A DNA stretch of 64,000 nt from Eledone cirrhosa (Eukaryota). The DNA lies in assembly GCA_964016885.1 (NCBI GenBank), contig OZ024744.1, positions 101,990,001 to 102,054,000 on the forward strand, read 5' to 3'. The notes beneath the pieces were generated by a model. It had not been told where the DNA came from, made no database searches, and saw only the letters and a list, made by a program, of their open reading frames with translations. The translations under genes and the position numbers were made by a program. Of the stretch, positions 37,840 to 51,155 are shown piece after piece. How positions within the stretch are numbered: position 1 is the stretch's first letter; each line of letters starts with the position of its first letter.

Positions 37840-38912
37840 CAAATCTATAAAGCAAGAAGAGAAGCAGAGGGTTAGAAGGTTTCACTTTTTTTACACCATG
37901 GAGATGAAAGGTGTGAGGAGATCTGCATAGCAAGGCAATTTCTTCTTCACCCACTTATTCCTGAGAGGGTTGTGAGGGCAGAGTCCTCAAAAACTCTCCA
38001 GCAGGTTCTGTCAGAAGCAACTGTCCCCAAGCGTGACCAGCCAAGCTCATGGATGTTATCCAACTATCTTGCTTGGGGTCTACCCCTGGGTCACTTGCCG
38101 GTTGGTTTTGCCTGTAAAATCTGTCCAGCAATTCTTTCCTGAGACATTCTAACCACATGCCCTAGGCAATGTGTGAGGGAAAAATCAGAATGTTATTGAG
38201 AAGTGTGTCTAAAATGATGTGCTTGCTCTCACCAACACTGAAAAGAAGTGTGGAAGTGTTATTATGAGAGACACTGTAGTATGAAAATAATACATTGGAG
38301 AGGGCGGGTCTAATCCACGTAAATTTAATAGAGGGACCAACTGTCCAAGTTAGCAACAGTATTGTTAGTAAGGCAATCAAGGAAATGAAGTTGGACAGGC
38401 AAGGCAGTTGGACCATCAGGAATACTTGCGGAGATGCTGAAAGCATCTGGGATGGTGGGCCATATGTTAACTACACATATTGTGAATCAGGTAATACAGG
38501 ATGGTGTCATATTCAGACTGGTGAAGCATCATCATTGTCAACTGCTACAGGAGCAAAGGAGACGAGGAACCTATAGAGGCATCAAGTTGATGAACCAAGT
38601 CATGAAAGTTACTGACAATGTTAAAGCACAACTGATTAGGGATAGATTTAATTTAAAGGAGCTGCAGTTTGTTTTTGTGCCAGGTAGAGGTACAACTGAT
38701 ATTGTCTTTCTTGTGAGACAACTGCAGAAGAAGTATGTTGCTAAGACTAAGTCTCTTTATTTAGCGTTTATTAACCTAGAGAAAGCTTTTGACAGGGTAC
38801 TTGCTCCATAATCTGACAGGCTCTTAAGAAATTAGGGGTAAAGGAATGGCTTGTGAGGGCCTGCAGTCAATATGGTTATAGTTAACAATGAATACTATGA
38901 TAAATTTAGCGT
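37840..38912 (+). mobile_element. Old RTE RT fragment
   Basis: YRGIKL, FINLEKAFDRV; frameshifted. Confidence 0.8.
37940..38163 (-). mobile_element. Nested 3' end of a different RTE-like LINE
   Basis: GHVVRM..PRGRP reading, (GAA) tail, 7-bp TSD aggcaat at 37933-37939 and 38164-38170. Confidence 0.7.
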
Positions 38913-38917
38913 GTATG

Positions 38918-39148
38918 TATCATCATCATCATCATCTTCGTTTAACGTCCATCTTCCATGCTAGCATGGGTTAGACTGGAGTTGTCCCACTTGAGGCAAG
39001 GTTGGTCGGCTGACCATGTCTCGCTCATATAGGACTATCTGGCAGGCTTTCTATGGCTGGATGCCCTTCCTAACACCAACTACATTTACAGTGTGGAACT
39101 GGGAACTTTTTACCGTGTTACCTACACAACCACATTACAGCGTGAACT
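38918..39148 (-). mobile_element. RTE 3' UTR fragment
   Basis: (ATC)n plus terminal motif in reverse. Confidence 0.8.
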
Positions 39149-39149
39149 G

Positions 39150-40215
39150 TATGTAAAAGGCAAACAGAAATAACAACACAGTCGGTACAGTATATGAAAG
39201 GAATATATTAGTTTAATGCCTGAAATAGCTGGAAGAGGGTCTTAACGTTTTGGACACTAGTCTTTCATCAGAAGAGAGAATGAAATATTAGTAAGATTGA
39301 AGGGACAGGCAGGGTGGAATCAGAAAAAATGTCTTTAGAGAAAAATAACAAGTCCATTCATGTTGCCATCTCTTGGAAAACTGTTGATGCTGGCGTTTTG
39401 TGTATGATTTATTTTTTTAGAAAAGTGGATGGTGGAGTGCGTCTATCTGAAATGGGAAAAAAAAACGTTTTGTATATAGAGCTATACATGTGCACGTGCA
39501 TATGTGTGTGTGTGTGTTATACATCCGTACAAAGCTAATAGGATATGTGTATGTATATCTAAGTAAAAGAGTGTGTGTGTGTGCTTGTAAGTACGAAGCT
39601 GTGAGCAAAAGTATGTTAATATAAGGGAGTGTATGTGTGTGTGTATATACAGAGCTGTGAAGGTTAAAGTAGAGGTGTGTATGTGTATTTAGTTGGTCGG
39701 TATCATCTTTAAGAGTATATGTTTCTGACCATAAGAAAGCCATAGGACTCTAGGGGTGAATGTACGAGTGTGTGTGTGATAACAGACGAGGGGGCAAAGG
39801 GTAGAGTAGTAAGCACGAACGTATGTATATGTGTAATATTAAAGAAATTAGGGAGGGAATTGAGTCCAAGAAGGAAACAGGACCCAAGGCAGACAATCAG
39901 ACTCTGTTCAGTCCTAGTGCGCGAGGCCTGTGATCCATGATGTAAAAGGACACCAAAGACAGACATGTAGGGAAGAGTGACCTGAGGAACGGAAATGACA
40001 GACGACAGGAGTATCCATACCAAGTCGTATGTCCCTCAAATGTTCAGTAAAACAGTCTACCAAACGACGTCCCGTTTGACCGATGTATAAGGATCTGCAA
40101 AGAGAAGACCGGACGGCATAGACAATGTGGGTGGAGGTGAAGGAGTGGCGGATATGGAATGAACTTTTGGTGCCTGTGAGAGTGGTGAGGTTGGAAATGA
40201 AAGGACAGGTGTTAC
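39150..40215 (-). mobile_element. Penelope-like element 3' portion: GIY-YIG relic, 3' UTR and degenerate hammerhead (39240-39275)
   Basis: IVYAVRSSLCRSLYIGQTGRRLVDCFTEHLRDI..PVVCHF; downstream repeat matches 11950-12160. Confidence 0.85.
39914..40215 (-). pseudogene. GIY-YIG endonuclease fragment
   Basis: VY..YIGQT.R.L...EH motif spacing. Confidence 0.8.
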
Positions 40216-40261
40216 ACACACACACATGTATGTATGTGGATGTACACACACATATATATAT

Positions 40262-41166
40262 ACTAGCAGTGGTACCCGGCGTTAGACGGGATAAGGTATT
40301 TTGGAACGCAGGCCGACACCAGACCTAATCGTGGAAAAACTGCATGCCTGGACAATATGTAAAAAAAATAAACTGTACTCTGATGGCTGGATAATCTTTA
40401 AGATTTTACTCGATGAAGCAGGAAAAATGCAGGTTTTCACCTAATGCGGGCCCTAGGGGATCAAGAAAAGGAATTTTTTTTATGTGCATAATATGCCTTG
40501 AAATTTCTGGAAAATCGGCTAGACGTAACGCCTCAAAAAAGCCCTAAAAAGCTGAAAAAATGAAGTTTTTCACCTAATGCAGGCCCTAGGCCATAAAAGA
40601 GTTGGATTTTCTTTGCTCACGGTATGAGGAAGAGAATGACTAATACACAGTTACAATTTCAAGGAAATCGGTCTGACGTAACGCCTCTAAAAACCTGAAA
40701 AAACGCAGTTTTTCACCTAATGCGGGCATTAGGGGATCAAAAAGTTGAATTTTTTTATGTGCATAACACTCTCTGAAACAAGTAATACACATGGAAAGTT
40801 TGAAAAAATCGGTTGGGTACTTCTCGAGTTTTAGGGATTCAAACTCACAGACACACACACGGAGACAGACACCCCCAGGGAAGTGACGTAATGCAGCCAG
40901 CCAGACATACAGAGATATTATAAGGGTGCAACGTTATATGTATGTATCTATCTAAAAAGAGAAAGACTAAGAATTATAGAGAGAGATCGCTAAATCGCCT
41001 AATGTGGTTCCTTGGGCATTGAAAATTTGAAATTCTTTTTGCTCAGAACACTCTCTGAATCATAAGTATTACATGTGTAAAGTTTGAAAACAGTCGGTTG
41101 AGTGTTTCTCGAGTTTTAGGGATTCAAACTCACACAGACAGACATCCTCAGTTTTATATATATAGA
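40262..41166 (-). mobile_element. Non-autonomous Helitron-like element
   Basis: 5' TCtatatatataa plus (TCTG)n; 3' cccg/cggg hairpin then CTAG; internal duplications. Confidence 0.75.
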
Positions 41167-41210
41167 CTAGCAGAAAACCACCCGGGGGCGGTTTTCTGCT
41201 AGTCTATATA
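41159..41210. repeat. Palindrome joining two head-to-head Helitron-like copies
   Basis: tatatagactagcagaaaacc-loop-ggttttctgctagtctatata. Confidence 0.85.
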
Positions 41211-41475
41211 TCTAAAACAGAGAATGTCTGTCTGTCTGTCAGCTCACTAAAACTTGAGAACCATCCAACCGATTGTTTTCAAACTTTAGACATGTAATAC
41301 TTATGGTCCTGTGAGTGTTTTGAGCAAAAATTATTTCAAATTTTCAATGCCCTAGGGACCGCATTAGGTGATTTAGCGTTCTCTCTATATAATTCTTAGT
41401 CTTTCTTTTTAGATAGATATAACGTTGCGCCCTTATAATATCTGTCTGTATGTCTGGCTGTCTGCATTACGTCAT
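41203..41475 (+). mobile_element. Helitron-like 5' portion, inverted relative to 40885-41166
   Basis: tctatata..gtctgtctg start; diverged reverse complement of the neighbouring copy. Confidence 0.7.
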
Positions 41476-41704
41476 TATGATGCGCTCAGCGCGATTCACT
41501 CGGCCTCAGTGACCAAAGTCAGTGGAGAGGGGAAGGTAATGTTTCTGTAGCACGTGTTTTAGCGTCTATTCACTCTCTCTCCTTCTCTCCCTCCCGCTAT
41601 CCCCCTCTCGTAGTTTGTCTCTTTCACTCTCACTCTCTCTCTACGCGCGTGTTTCCACTGTCGGACAGACAGACAGACAGAGAAATTGCTGGTTATATAT
41701 ATAA

Positions 41705-42128
41705 GTAGATTATAAAGTGAAATGACAGGAGGCCAAATATGTTGAATTTCCTTAATTTTTTGTTTCTGCAAACACTATGCACATTTCAGTGGCTTGGTTG
41801 TGTAAGAACCAAGTTTACCATCATTCCATTGGTATACATCTATTACTCAATTTACACCTGATTAGGTCACCGGGTTCTTATGCAACCAGGCCTCTGAAAT
41901 GTACATAATGTTTGCAGAAATAAATAAATTAAGAATTTTTTTCAACATATTTGGCCTTCTGTCATTTCACTTTTTTAATATACATTTACTCTGTTACCAC
42001 ACCACCAACATGATTCAACATTGAAGATGGATGAGTTGCATAACGTTGAGTGCTTTTCTCTTATTACGTTATGATTAACATTGCAGAATAACCAATTCTA
42101 CCCAGTGGTAAACCACAAAATTTAAACG
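41705..42128 (+). mobile_element. Fold-back element with degenerate hammerhead and tail
   Basis: Arms ~41714-41810/41873-41973; acac-CTGATTA..GAAA-TGTACA-TA; tail motif 41988-42054; TA on both sides. Confidence 0.7.
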
Positions 42129-42331
42129 TATATATATATATATATATATATACGAACAGGGATTTGGAGACTAGAAATAAGTAGTAAGTTAACCACTACC
42201 ATGCTAGTCGATACACCTATATCCACCAATCAATCGACCCTCTGAAACGATTATAAAACAATGAACTAACTATCTACCTATGCCTGACTTATGTTTTTTA
42301 TTGTTCTATGCACAAACATACACACATACAT

Positions 42332-42720
42332 AATGGCTGTCCCCTTGTTATCAAGTATGACCATTGCACAATATACCATTATTAATAATTATTAATTAAT
42401 TCTATAGTACAATGTCTGTGCGTGAAGATTTTTTTTAAAGTGAGGAAAGACTGTGCACTGAGCCAATCCCACTCTTTCAGCGACAGTAGCTATAAGCTGA
42501 AAAGTAAAGATCAATAATATCATCGGTAACTACTGAGCCGCAGGTTTTATGTTGGAGTTATCCCAGTTTCCTGAGTTGCCTCCTAGAAGAATGCCCTGAC
42601 AAAGGCTAGGGGTCCTTCACTCCCAGTGGTTTAACCACGCGATCGGGTATCCAGCCTGATTATTTCTATGTCCCCGCACGTATACATACACATGCATACA
42701 TGTTTACACATTTTGGATAC
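42332..42720 (-). mobile_element. Non-autonomous element family D
   Basis: Reverse complement of ~14470-14907. Confidence 0.75.
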
Positions 42721-42732
42721 ATACATACATTT

Positions 42733-43520
42733 ATCCCAGATGAACAAGCAGCTGGAAAGAAAGGGGTTTGGGGCTGTGCTGAACAACTCCTAATCAACAA
42801 AACTGCGATGTTGGAGGTGCGACAACTTAGGAGGAATATGGCTACAGTCTGGCTGGACTACAAGAAAGCTTTTGATTCTGTTCCCCACTCTTGGATGATA
42901 GAGGCCCTCCAGCTTGCTAAAGTCCCAGACATTATTGTCAGAGCCATAGAGAGGCTGTCTTCTTCTTGGGCTACTATCCTAAGGTTAAAGACAGTGAGGG
43001 AGGACTCTATTTTCACTGATAAAATAAAATATCACAGGGGTATATTTCAGGGGGACAATCTCTCTGTGATATTATTCATCTTGTCATTAAACCCCTTGTC
43101 CTTTCTGCTCAAGAAATGTGAAGGATACATCATTGGCTCACAGGCGGACAGAAATATGAACTTAACCCATAATTTCTTTGTGGACGATCTGAAACTCTAT
43201 GCCAGGAACATGGATGGGATGAAGAAAAATCTTGACCTAGTTACAACATTCTCAAAGGATATAGGAATGGAGTTTAGCCAAGATAAATGTTCATATATGA
43301 CTGTAAAATGGGGAAAATCTAGCAACATTGTCATCAATGGCCTAACTGTTTCACCGATATCTGATGAGGACTGCTACAGATACCTGGGGATAGATGAGAA
43401 TATATCCTATAATGGTATTTGTAATAAGGAATGTGGAACCAGAGAATATTACACCCAATTAAGAAAAATATGGTCATCGGAACTCTCTGTGCACAATAAA
43501 ACAGTGGCTCACAACCGGAA
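42733..43520 (+). pseudogene. R4/Dong-clade reverse transcriptase fragment
   Basis: EQLLINK, WLDYKKAFDSVPHSW, RGIFQGDNLS, FVDDLKLYA, YRYLGI. Confidence 0.85.
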
Positions 43521-43630
43521 GTGTTGACATTTGACAATTTTAAAGAATTGAATCTTTAAATAAGCTATAAAATATATTTAATCAACAGCCATGAAATTTA
43601 GTAGATAAATTATGTAATATTCATTCATTG

Positions 43631-43785
43631 AGTGCGGGACTGCATTCAGAATATATTTTTTTACCGTTTGTAAAATAAGTTGGATTACTTTCAATAAATA
43701 ATAAAGAAATCATTATTTATTCAAAGTAATCCAACTTATTTTACAAACAGGGTAAAAATATATATTCTGGATGCAGTCCCACACT
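43631..43785. repeat. ~72-bp-arm palindrome
   Basis: agtgcgggactgc...aataaataat / attatttatt...gcagtcccacact. Confidence 0.8.
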
Positions 43786-43829
43786 TCTTTCTTTATTATA
43801 ATTAATATTATTATTATTATTATTATTAT

Positions 43830-44098
43830 TGTTCTTTGAGTCTCAGTCATTGATGTTAGTTAACTGGAAAGTTTGTTGAAATGAATATCAAGCCACTACC
43901 TGCAGCCTCAGATATTCAGGACGTATCGGAGGGTACTTGCTGTTCCCAGCAAGCATGCCTTTTGAAGTGTTCCAAAAAGCGTGAAGGGGCCAATTTTCTT
44001 TAACCATCCTGGAAACTTTTCGAGATAGTACCTAGTGCGCCTATGACAATCGGGATCACTTTGACTTCATGGCAGTTCCAAATCCTTTTTACCTCCCA
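43830..44098 (-). mobile_element. R4/Dong-like 3' end in (ATT)n
   Basis: IPIVIGALGTI..LQKACLLGTA..LRYVLNI; second copy at ~44945-45165. Confidence 0.8.
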
Positions 44099-44179
44099 TT
44101 ATTATTATTATTATTATTATTATTATAATGGCCTTGTGCCTAAAGTAGAAACAATTATTATTATTATTATTATTATTAC

Positions 44180-44782
44180 AGTTGCATTTATCTTGCTTTA
44201 TGTTCATATGAGTTTTCACCAAATCACAACCAGTGACCTCAAGAAACAACAAGGTCCGCCATGTTCAAGAAAGAACACACATACACACACATGCATCTTT
44301 AGGTGTTTAGGCTTGTGATGTACTTATATTGACAGAATCTTCCTTAGTATATCCCAGGAAACCTGCGTATTTCTCCTATACGCGGGTTTCCTGGGATTTG
44401 CGATAAGTAATCATTAGACCCCTTAGGTATCATTCCTAGAGCGCCTACAACCACTGGTATTGTTTTAGTTCTCAATTTCCACATTTTTCCAATTTCTATC
44501 TCCAGGTCCTTATGCTTGCTCAATTTTTCAAATGTTTTTATAGATACATTCTTGTCTATTGGAACAGACATATCAATTAGCAGGCATACCCTCTTTTTAA
44601 AGTCCTTCAGTATTATATCAGGTCTATTTGCATCTATTTTTCGGTCTGTTTGGATGCTAAAGTTCCACAAGATTGAGATGTGATCTTTTTCAAGTACGGG
44701 AGGTAGGTGGTTGATGCTCCCGCCAATTCTTTTGATGGGGCAGGTCAAAATGCTTACACATTATCCAATGTATGTATTGTGA
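44180..44782 (-). mobile_element. R4/Dong-like RLE domain and 3' UTR
   Basis: ILWNFSIQTD..NRPDII..LIDMSVP..IPVVVGALG (PD-D/ExK-type RLE). Confidence 0.85.
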
Positions 44783-44805
44783 TTATTATTATTATTATTA
44801 TTTAT

Positions 44806-44930
44806 GGTCTGAGTTCAAATCCCGCCGAGGTTTACTTTGCCTTTCATCCTTACGAGGTCGATAAAATAAAGTACCAGTAATGCACTGAGTAATTGCTGGC
44901 CTTGTGCCTAAAGTAGAAACAATTATTATT
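44806..44930 (+). mobile_element. SINE family A fragment
   Basis: Family A match. Confidence 0.85.
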
Positions 44931-44944
44931 ATTATTATTGTTGT

Positions 44945-45165
44945 TGTTCTTTGAGTCTCAGTCATTGATGTTATTTAACTGGAAAGTTTGTTCAGATGAA
45001 TATCAAGCTGCTACCTGCAGCCTCAGATATTCAGGACGTATCGGAGGTCTCTTGCTGTTCCCAGCAAGCATGCCTTTTGAAGTGTTCCAAAAAGCGGGAC
45101 TGGACTAATCTTCTTTAACAATCCTTGGAAACTCTTTGAGATAGTACCTAGTGCGCCTTTGACAA
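44945..45165 (-). mobile_element. R4/Dong-like 3' end
   Basis: Near copy of 43830-44045. Confidence 0.8.
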
Positions 45166-45201
45166 TATTATTATTATTATTATTATCATCATCATTATTA
45201 T

Positions 45202-45395
45202 TAGGGCAGTAGTTTGGCCGTAGCGGTAGAGCGTCAGACACCATGCTTTGCAACATAGAGTTATGACCCTTTACGTTCTGAGTTCAAATCCCGCTGAGGT
45301 TAGCTTTACCTTTCATCCTTACGGAGTCGAAATAAAGCACCAGTAATGCACTGGGGTAATTGCTGGCCTTGTGCCAAAAGTAGAAACAAAAAGTA
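45202..45395 (+). mobile_element. SINE family A
   Basis: tRNA-like head through tail. Confidence 0.85.
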
Positions 45396-45409
45396 TTATT
45401 ATTATTGAC

Positions 45410-46512
45410 ACCAGATGGACCTTTGCATTTAGTTCAGTTTTAAGTAGTAATCTAATCTGTCTATAGTAATCCTTTCTAATCTTTTCTTTCATTTGTGTGT
45501 GTTGAACCCTATCTAATTCATTGATTCCTAAGTATTTGTTTGTCTGTGTTAGATCTAATATTCTTATCTCAGTTTCTTTACCTAGCATGCTATTAGAGTT
45601 TTTCACTAGTTTTCCTCTCTTCAGGGTTGCTTTGGCAAATTTTTCTAGTCAAAATTCTATGTTTATTTATTTTGTGTATCCATGTACTGTCTGAAGCAGT
45701 GTTTCAAGTTGTCTCTCAGCTGCAGTGTACAGCTTCAGATCACCCATATACAAGAGATGGTTGATTTTTTTACCACAGCATTTATATCCAAGTATAGTCC
45801 TGATTAATATCTCAGATAATGGTGTGATAAAAGGAGTGGTAATGGGGAGTCCCCTTGAAATATCGCTATGTTAATAGGGATGGGTTCAGGTTTTATACAA
45901 TCATCTTTTGCCACTTACTCATGGCACGTTTGATGAATGTTCTATGCTATTTTGTTTATGGCAAGTATCCATATATGAAGAATCAGTATCGATATATGAG
46001 GAACACTATAAAAAGTTGTTTGTTAATCAATCTATACTATGCTGAGATTTGTTTCCTTTTCTGCTGTTTTTTGTTATGGCTTTGTTGATTGATAATTGTT
46101 CTTTACAGTCACATGAAACGTTGCAGCATCCTTTTTGATCTTCTACAAACAGGTTGGGTTCTCCCAATTGCTATGGTCAGTCCCTGTGATTTTAATGCAA
46201 TCAGGGTCTTGTAGGTTGTAGGAAGGCATGTAATAGGTCAGTAGTTTTGAGGGTTTGCTGTGTCATTATTCTTAGGGATCAGGGTGGTTTCTCCTTTAGT
46301 AAGCCATCCCGGAGTCGTTTCTGGCTCCATCACCTGTTGAATATTTCAATCAGTAGTTTAGGATTTTGTAATGTCTCAGTGTTCTCCAGTTATTTGTTTC
46401 TTCAGTGTTAGACATTTCTTCTAGAGGCTGTGTTGTTGATCTTACTATTCCTGTGCATTGCGATTCACTTGCTGCCCACAGTCCCCTTCAGTACTCTTCT
46501 ACTTCTTTTAGT
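45410..46512 (-). pseudogene. Degenerate R4/Dong RT region
   Basis: GETTLIPK..PITCLPT.YK, INHLLYM.DLKLY, KYLGINE readings with stops. Confidence 0.75.
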
Positions 46513-46514
46513 AA

Positions 46515-47240
46515 ATGTACATGGTCTGGGGTCCCCTTGGAAGCAGGGCCACTTGCCTGCTCAACGACCTTAGGTTACTGAAGTGTACAGATCTTCAAGT
46601 CATCCAGGAGCAGGTGATGGGGGTCACAGTATTTCAGAAAGGTTTGGATCTCATGATACCATCTTCCTGGATACAGAGGGTAAGTCAGTGGTGCTGGACG
46701 TGATTGGCAGCAAAGACGTGCTTTCAGGCTGGTTGCCATCTATGCCACTAAAGGATGACCAGATTTCTTCAGATGTCTAGTAACTTTTCTACGAACATCC
46801 CACTCTTTTGTGTTAGTGGGTGACTAGAACAGAATCTTAACTACATGCTGGAACTGTGTGGGTTTAGAAGACAGAAGAGGAGGGTGCAAAAGCCTCACAA
46901 ACCTGCTCAGACAATTCCAACTGTCTAACAGATATTTGGCTGGATTTCCAGAATGTGCTCGTGTCATCCAGATTATATCTAGATAGGGTTTTCTGTAGGG
47001 AAGTAGATAAGTATAGCATAGGTTGTCCGCAATTTAAAGTAGTCGATTACACAGACCAGAAATTTGTTAGCTGCACAGTCAACTTTGATAGGCTCCATAG
47101 GCAGGGACCCGGTTACTGGAAGCTGCACACATCCTTCCTTGCTTGCAAAGTTTACAGAAAATTATTTAAGCAGGAATTAATGGGGACAATTGTCAACAAC
47201 AAATGGTAGCTCGCCTTGAGAAGGGCGATTAGAGCTTTAC
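46515..47240 (+). pseudogene. Degenerate L1/Tx1-like AP endonuclease region
   Basis: VIQE, YLDRVF, GPGYWKL.TSFL. Confidence 0.65.
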
Positions 47241-47354
47241 ACCCTAAAGCAAATATAAATAGATTGTACAGGAAGAGAAAGAATGGTGGTTGAGGACTCA
47301 TCATTCTGGATTATTGTATGAATGAAAGGCGAATGCTTGTTATTTTGTTAGGTA

Positions 47355-47398
47355 TACTAGCAGAAAAACCACCCAAAGGGTGGCTTTTCTGCTAGTAT
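47355..47398. repeat. Palindrome made of Helitron-like CTAG ends
   Basis: atactagcagaaaa.ccaccc-aaa-gggtgg.ttttctgctagtat; same family as 41166-41203. Confidence 0.8.
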
Positions 47399-48181
47399 GT
47401 GTAGTGTGCATATTGATATTATACGCAAATATACATACATGTAGATATGATACATCAAATGAAAATTAAATTAAGAATATTAACAGAAATTGAAGAGAGA
47501 CTGTGTTACACTGTCTTCTATAATCAGTAAAGTAATCCATGATACATTTAAAAAGGATCGATCGACTTTTGTCAAATCGGACCGAGGAAACGATGTTTCC
47601 AGTTGCTAGTACTATCTATCGGTCGCAACTCCAGGTAGAAGGAGCAATGTGAAATACAGTGTCTTGCTCAAGGACATAACGTATCGCCCGGTCCGGGAAT
47701 CGAACTTACAACCTCAAGACTGTGAATCCAATTCTCTAACCACTCAGCCACACACCTTCACTAAATTTAAAATACATTTAAAAAAAACGATATTATATAT
47801 AAACTGCATTGTGGCGAAATGTTATATAAACAAAGGAGAAAATGAGAATAGCGACGGAAATATAAACACGGTAATGAACACAATGAGAGTTGAAATGATG
47901 GCTAATTGTAATATCTATACATAATGTAAAAAAGAGATGTTTGTTTGTTGGTTGGTTGGTTGGTTCCTTCACGCTCACTCACCCAAGTGATACAAACAAA
48001 CAAACACACAGCTGTGATGAATCTTAGAACGCTGGACTTCTATAGTTTCTCACCCCCACTTCCTCAGTCATCACATTGATGTGTGTGTATTAGACACCCC
48101 TTCCTTCCTCAGTCATCTCTAGTGTGTGACAGACAAACACACAAGGCTATTATATTAGTAGAATATTTTGTTCTTATAATT

Positions 48182-48515
48182 GGAGGCACATGGCTTAGTG
48201 GTTAGAGCATTGGCCTTGCAATCGAAATATTGTGAGTTCAATTCTCAGACCGGGTGATGTGTTATTTCCTTGAGCAAGACACTTTATTTCACATTGCTCC
48301 AGTTTACTCAGCTGTAGAAATGAGATGATAGGGACTGGGGTCCATATCATTCCACTGCAAAGTGGTCGTGTAGGTGCCACGGCAAAAAAGCACCCAGCAC
48401 TCACTGTAAATGAGGTTGGTGTTAGGAAGGGCATCCAGCTGTAGAAATCAAGCCAGAATCAGTTCCCGTCCCACCCTTGCAAGCAGGGAAAAAGCGGACG
48501 TAAAATGAAATGAAA
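48182..48515 (+). mobile_element. SINE family B
   Basis: Close match to 13815-14150. Confidence 0.9.
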
Positions 48516-48630
48516 TGAAAAATGAATTGTTTGTGGCCAGAAATTAGTTTTGTGTTATGAGAATCAGTCCTTTGGTTTCTCTTTTTAAGTTGGATCTTCT
48601 TAGCTACAGTTGAATTTCTCTTTAGTTTAA

Positions 48631-48838
48631 CCCTTTAACATTTACATTACTCTATATATACTATTGTATTTTCACGATAAAGGCTTTACCTCACATAACA
48701 TTGAATCTACGAGATTTTGATGTTATTTATTTTTAGAACAATACCTTAACATCAGTATGAGTGGCCAGTTATGGCTGGTTTGAACAGAAAGAGGTGAGAG
48801 AATTCTGGCCAGCTATGGCCGGTTTAAATGCTAAATGG
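48631..48838. mobile_element. piggyBac-like MITE
   Basis: TTAA on both sides; imperfect TIR ccctttaacattta / taaatgctaaatgg. Confidence 0.65.
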
Positions 48839-49676
48839 TTAATTTTCCTCTGATAAGCCTTGCAGTGTGGTTTCTCTCTCTACTTCTTCTTTAGTATGTT
48901 TTTTTTTAAATTCCGTTTTCATGTTGTATTTGTCTGATTAACCATTTTTGTTGTTGTTGTTATTTAAATTTATTGTTTCAACATATTTTTTTTTTGTACT
49001 TTGGCATTTCCTTGTATATTGAAAAATGCTTTTGTTGTTTTTTTAAATATGTCCCTTTTATCAGTCTTTCTTTATTTGTTTCTTTGTTTTTGTTTTTCTG
49101 TCCAACTGTTATAGTCCCGCTGAGGTTAGCTTTGCTTTCATCCCTAGAGGGTCAATAAAATAAAGTACCAGTAACACACTTGGGTCAATTTAATTGACTT
49201 TCCACTTCTCCATAATTTTGTATCTTTTTTCTATTTCTGTCAGGCCATGTCCTCCTTGTGTTTGGGGTTGGTTTATTGTCAAGGTCTACTTTAGAGCAGT
49301 GTCTTCAGTAGGCTGTCACTAGTTTCCTGGATTTTCTGTCTAAGTTTTAGTCACTTAAATATGTTGTATGTAGAGGTATATATAATATAATTATATATAT
49401 ATATATATATCAAAGTGTTGTAGTTTGCTTGAAGCATTGTTGAATAGGAAATATAAAATTAAATAAGTTTAAAAGCCATGCAATGCATTGAAAAATTAAA
49501 GGTGCTAAGATTGTGATAGAATTTTACCTTAGCAAATTTAATTATCCCAAATATTTTCGGGTTTCAAAACTCATAAAGGGATAAAGATCTGTGTGAAGGT
49601 CTTAAAGCACCAGTCGGAGATGAGTTGTTTGGCTGGCATATTTCATTTAGATGTATATAGAGGTGTATATAATATA

Positions 49677-51155
49677 TCATCATCATCATCATCATCATCA
49701 TCATTTTACGTCCGCTTTTCCCTGCTTGCAAGGGTGGGACGGGTCTTATTGAGCACAGCATCTCTTCACTCGTCACGGTCCTTCGTCATCTCCACCGTGA
49801 GCTTCAGCGATCTGAGGTCTGCTCTCACCACCTCCGCCCATGTTTTTTGTGGTCTACCTCTACCACGTCTTCCTTCAACTCCATGCGCATCACATGTCCA
49901 TACCACCTCAGTCTCCTCTCCCGTACACTACATTCTATCCCTCTCAGACACAATTTCTCTCTCAACACATTTATGCTGGGTCGTTCACGCACATTTACAC
50001 TGCACATCCAACGGAGCATGCTTGCCTCATTTCTCTCCAGCCGTCGCATATCCTCTGCAGTTGCTGCCCATGTCTCACTTCCATGCAGCATCGCGCTCCT
50101 CACACAGGCATCATACAACTGGCCTTTCGTACGCAGGGAGAAACCCTTCTTCGTCAACAGAGGAAGCAGCTCCCTAAACTTCTTCCAACCCGTCCTTATT
50201 CTAGATACTATGGCCTCGGAACACCCTCCTCCCATGCTAATCTGATCTCCTAGGTACCGGAAGCTATCCACCACTTCTATAGCGCCCACCTGCATTTGAA
50301 AAATGTGTCTATCAATGCGACTTCTACTGTCTAATTTCCCTGTACATCTACTGCATACATATTTATCCCTACCTGTTAGTTTGCCTGCTATCCTGCTACA
50401 TCTCTTGTGTACCCAGGATCTGCATTGTGTGCATTTTATAGAATTTATGCCAGTTCCTTTTCTGCATATCGAACATGGCCATTTCCCTGACAGAATCAGG
50501 GTTTTGTCCTCTTTTCTACTCATCAACACTTTTGTCTTAGCTAGGTTCACTCTCAGTCCTCTTGCTTCCAACTGCTGTTTCCATAGCCAGAATTTATTTT
50601 CTAGCTCCTTTACTGATTCTGCTATAAGAACCAGATCGTCAGCATAGAGAAGTTCCCATGGGCAGCCAGTCTTAAACTCCTTTGTTATACCTAGTTTCCT
50701 TAGGGACCACCATATGACAGATCGGGGTACTCTATCAAAGGCCTTCTCTAGGTCAACAAAGGCTAAGTATAGTGGCTTATTCTTCTCTAAGAACCTGTCT
50801 TATAATTGTCTCACCAAGAAGAGGGCATCTGTTGTACTCTTCCCAGGCACAAAACCAAACTGCATCTCATCTAGTTTGACCCTTTCTCTAATTAGTTGTG
50901 CTAAAATCCTTTCTCCCACTTTCATAACCTGATCCATCAGGTTTATACCCCTATAATTGCTCCTCTCCAGAGCATCCCCTTTACTTTTGTAGCAATTTAT
51001 GAGAATACTGCTGCACCAGTCTTTGGGTATGACACCACCATATATAGCCTGATAGATGATGCGTGCAACCAGTTTAGTGCCTACATCCCCTGATGCCTTC
51101 AGCATCTCAGCAACTATTCCCGATGGTCCAGCAGCCTTACCATTTTTCATTTCCC
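49677..51155 (-). mobile_element. Second RTE family, 5'-truncated and internally deleted
   Basis: RT, PHD-like insert, very short 3' UTR, (GAT)n tail; deletion near 50690. Confidence 0.9.
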
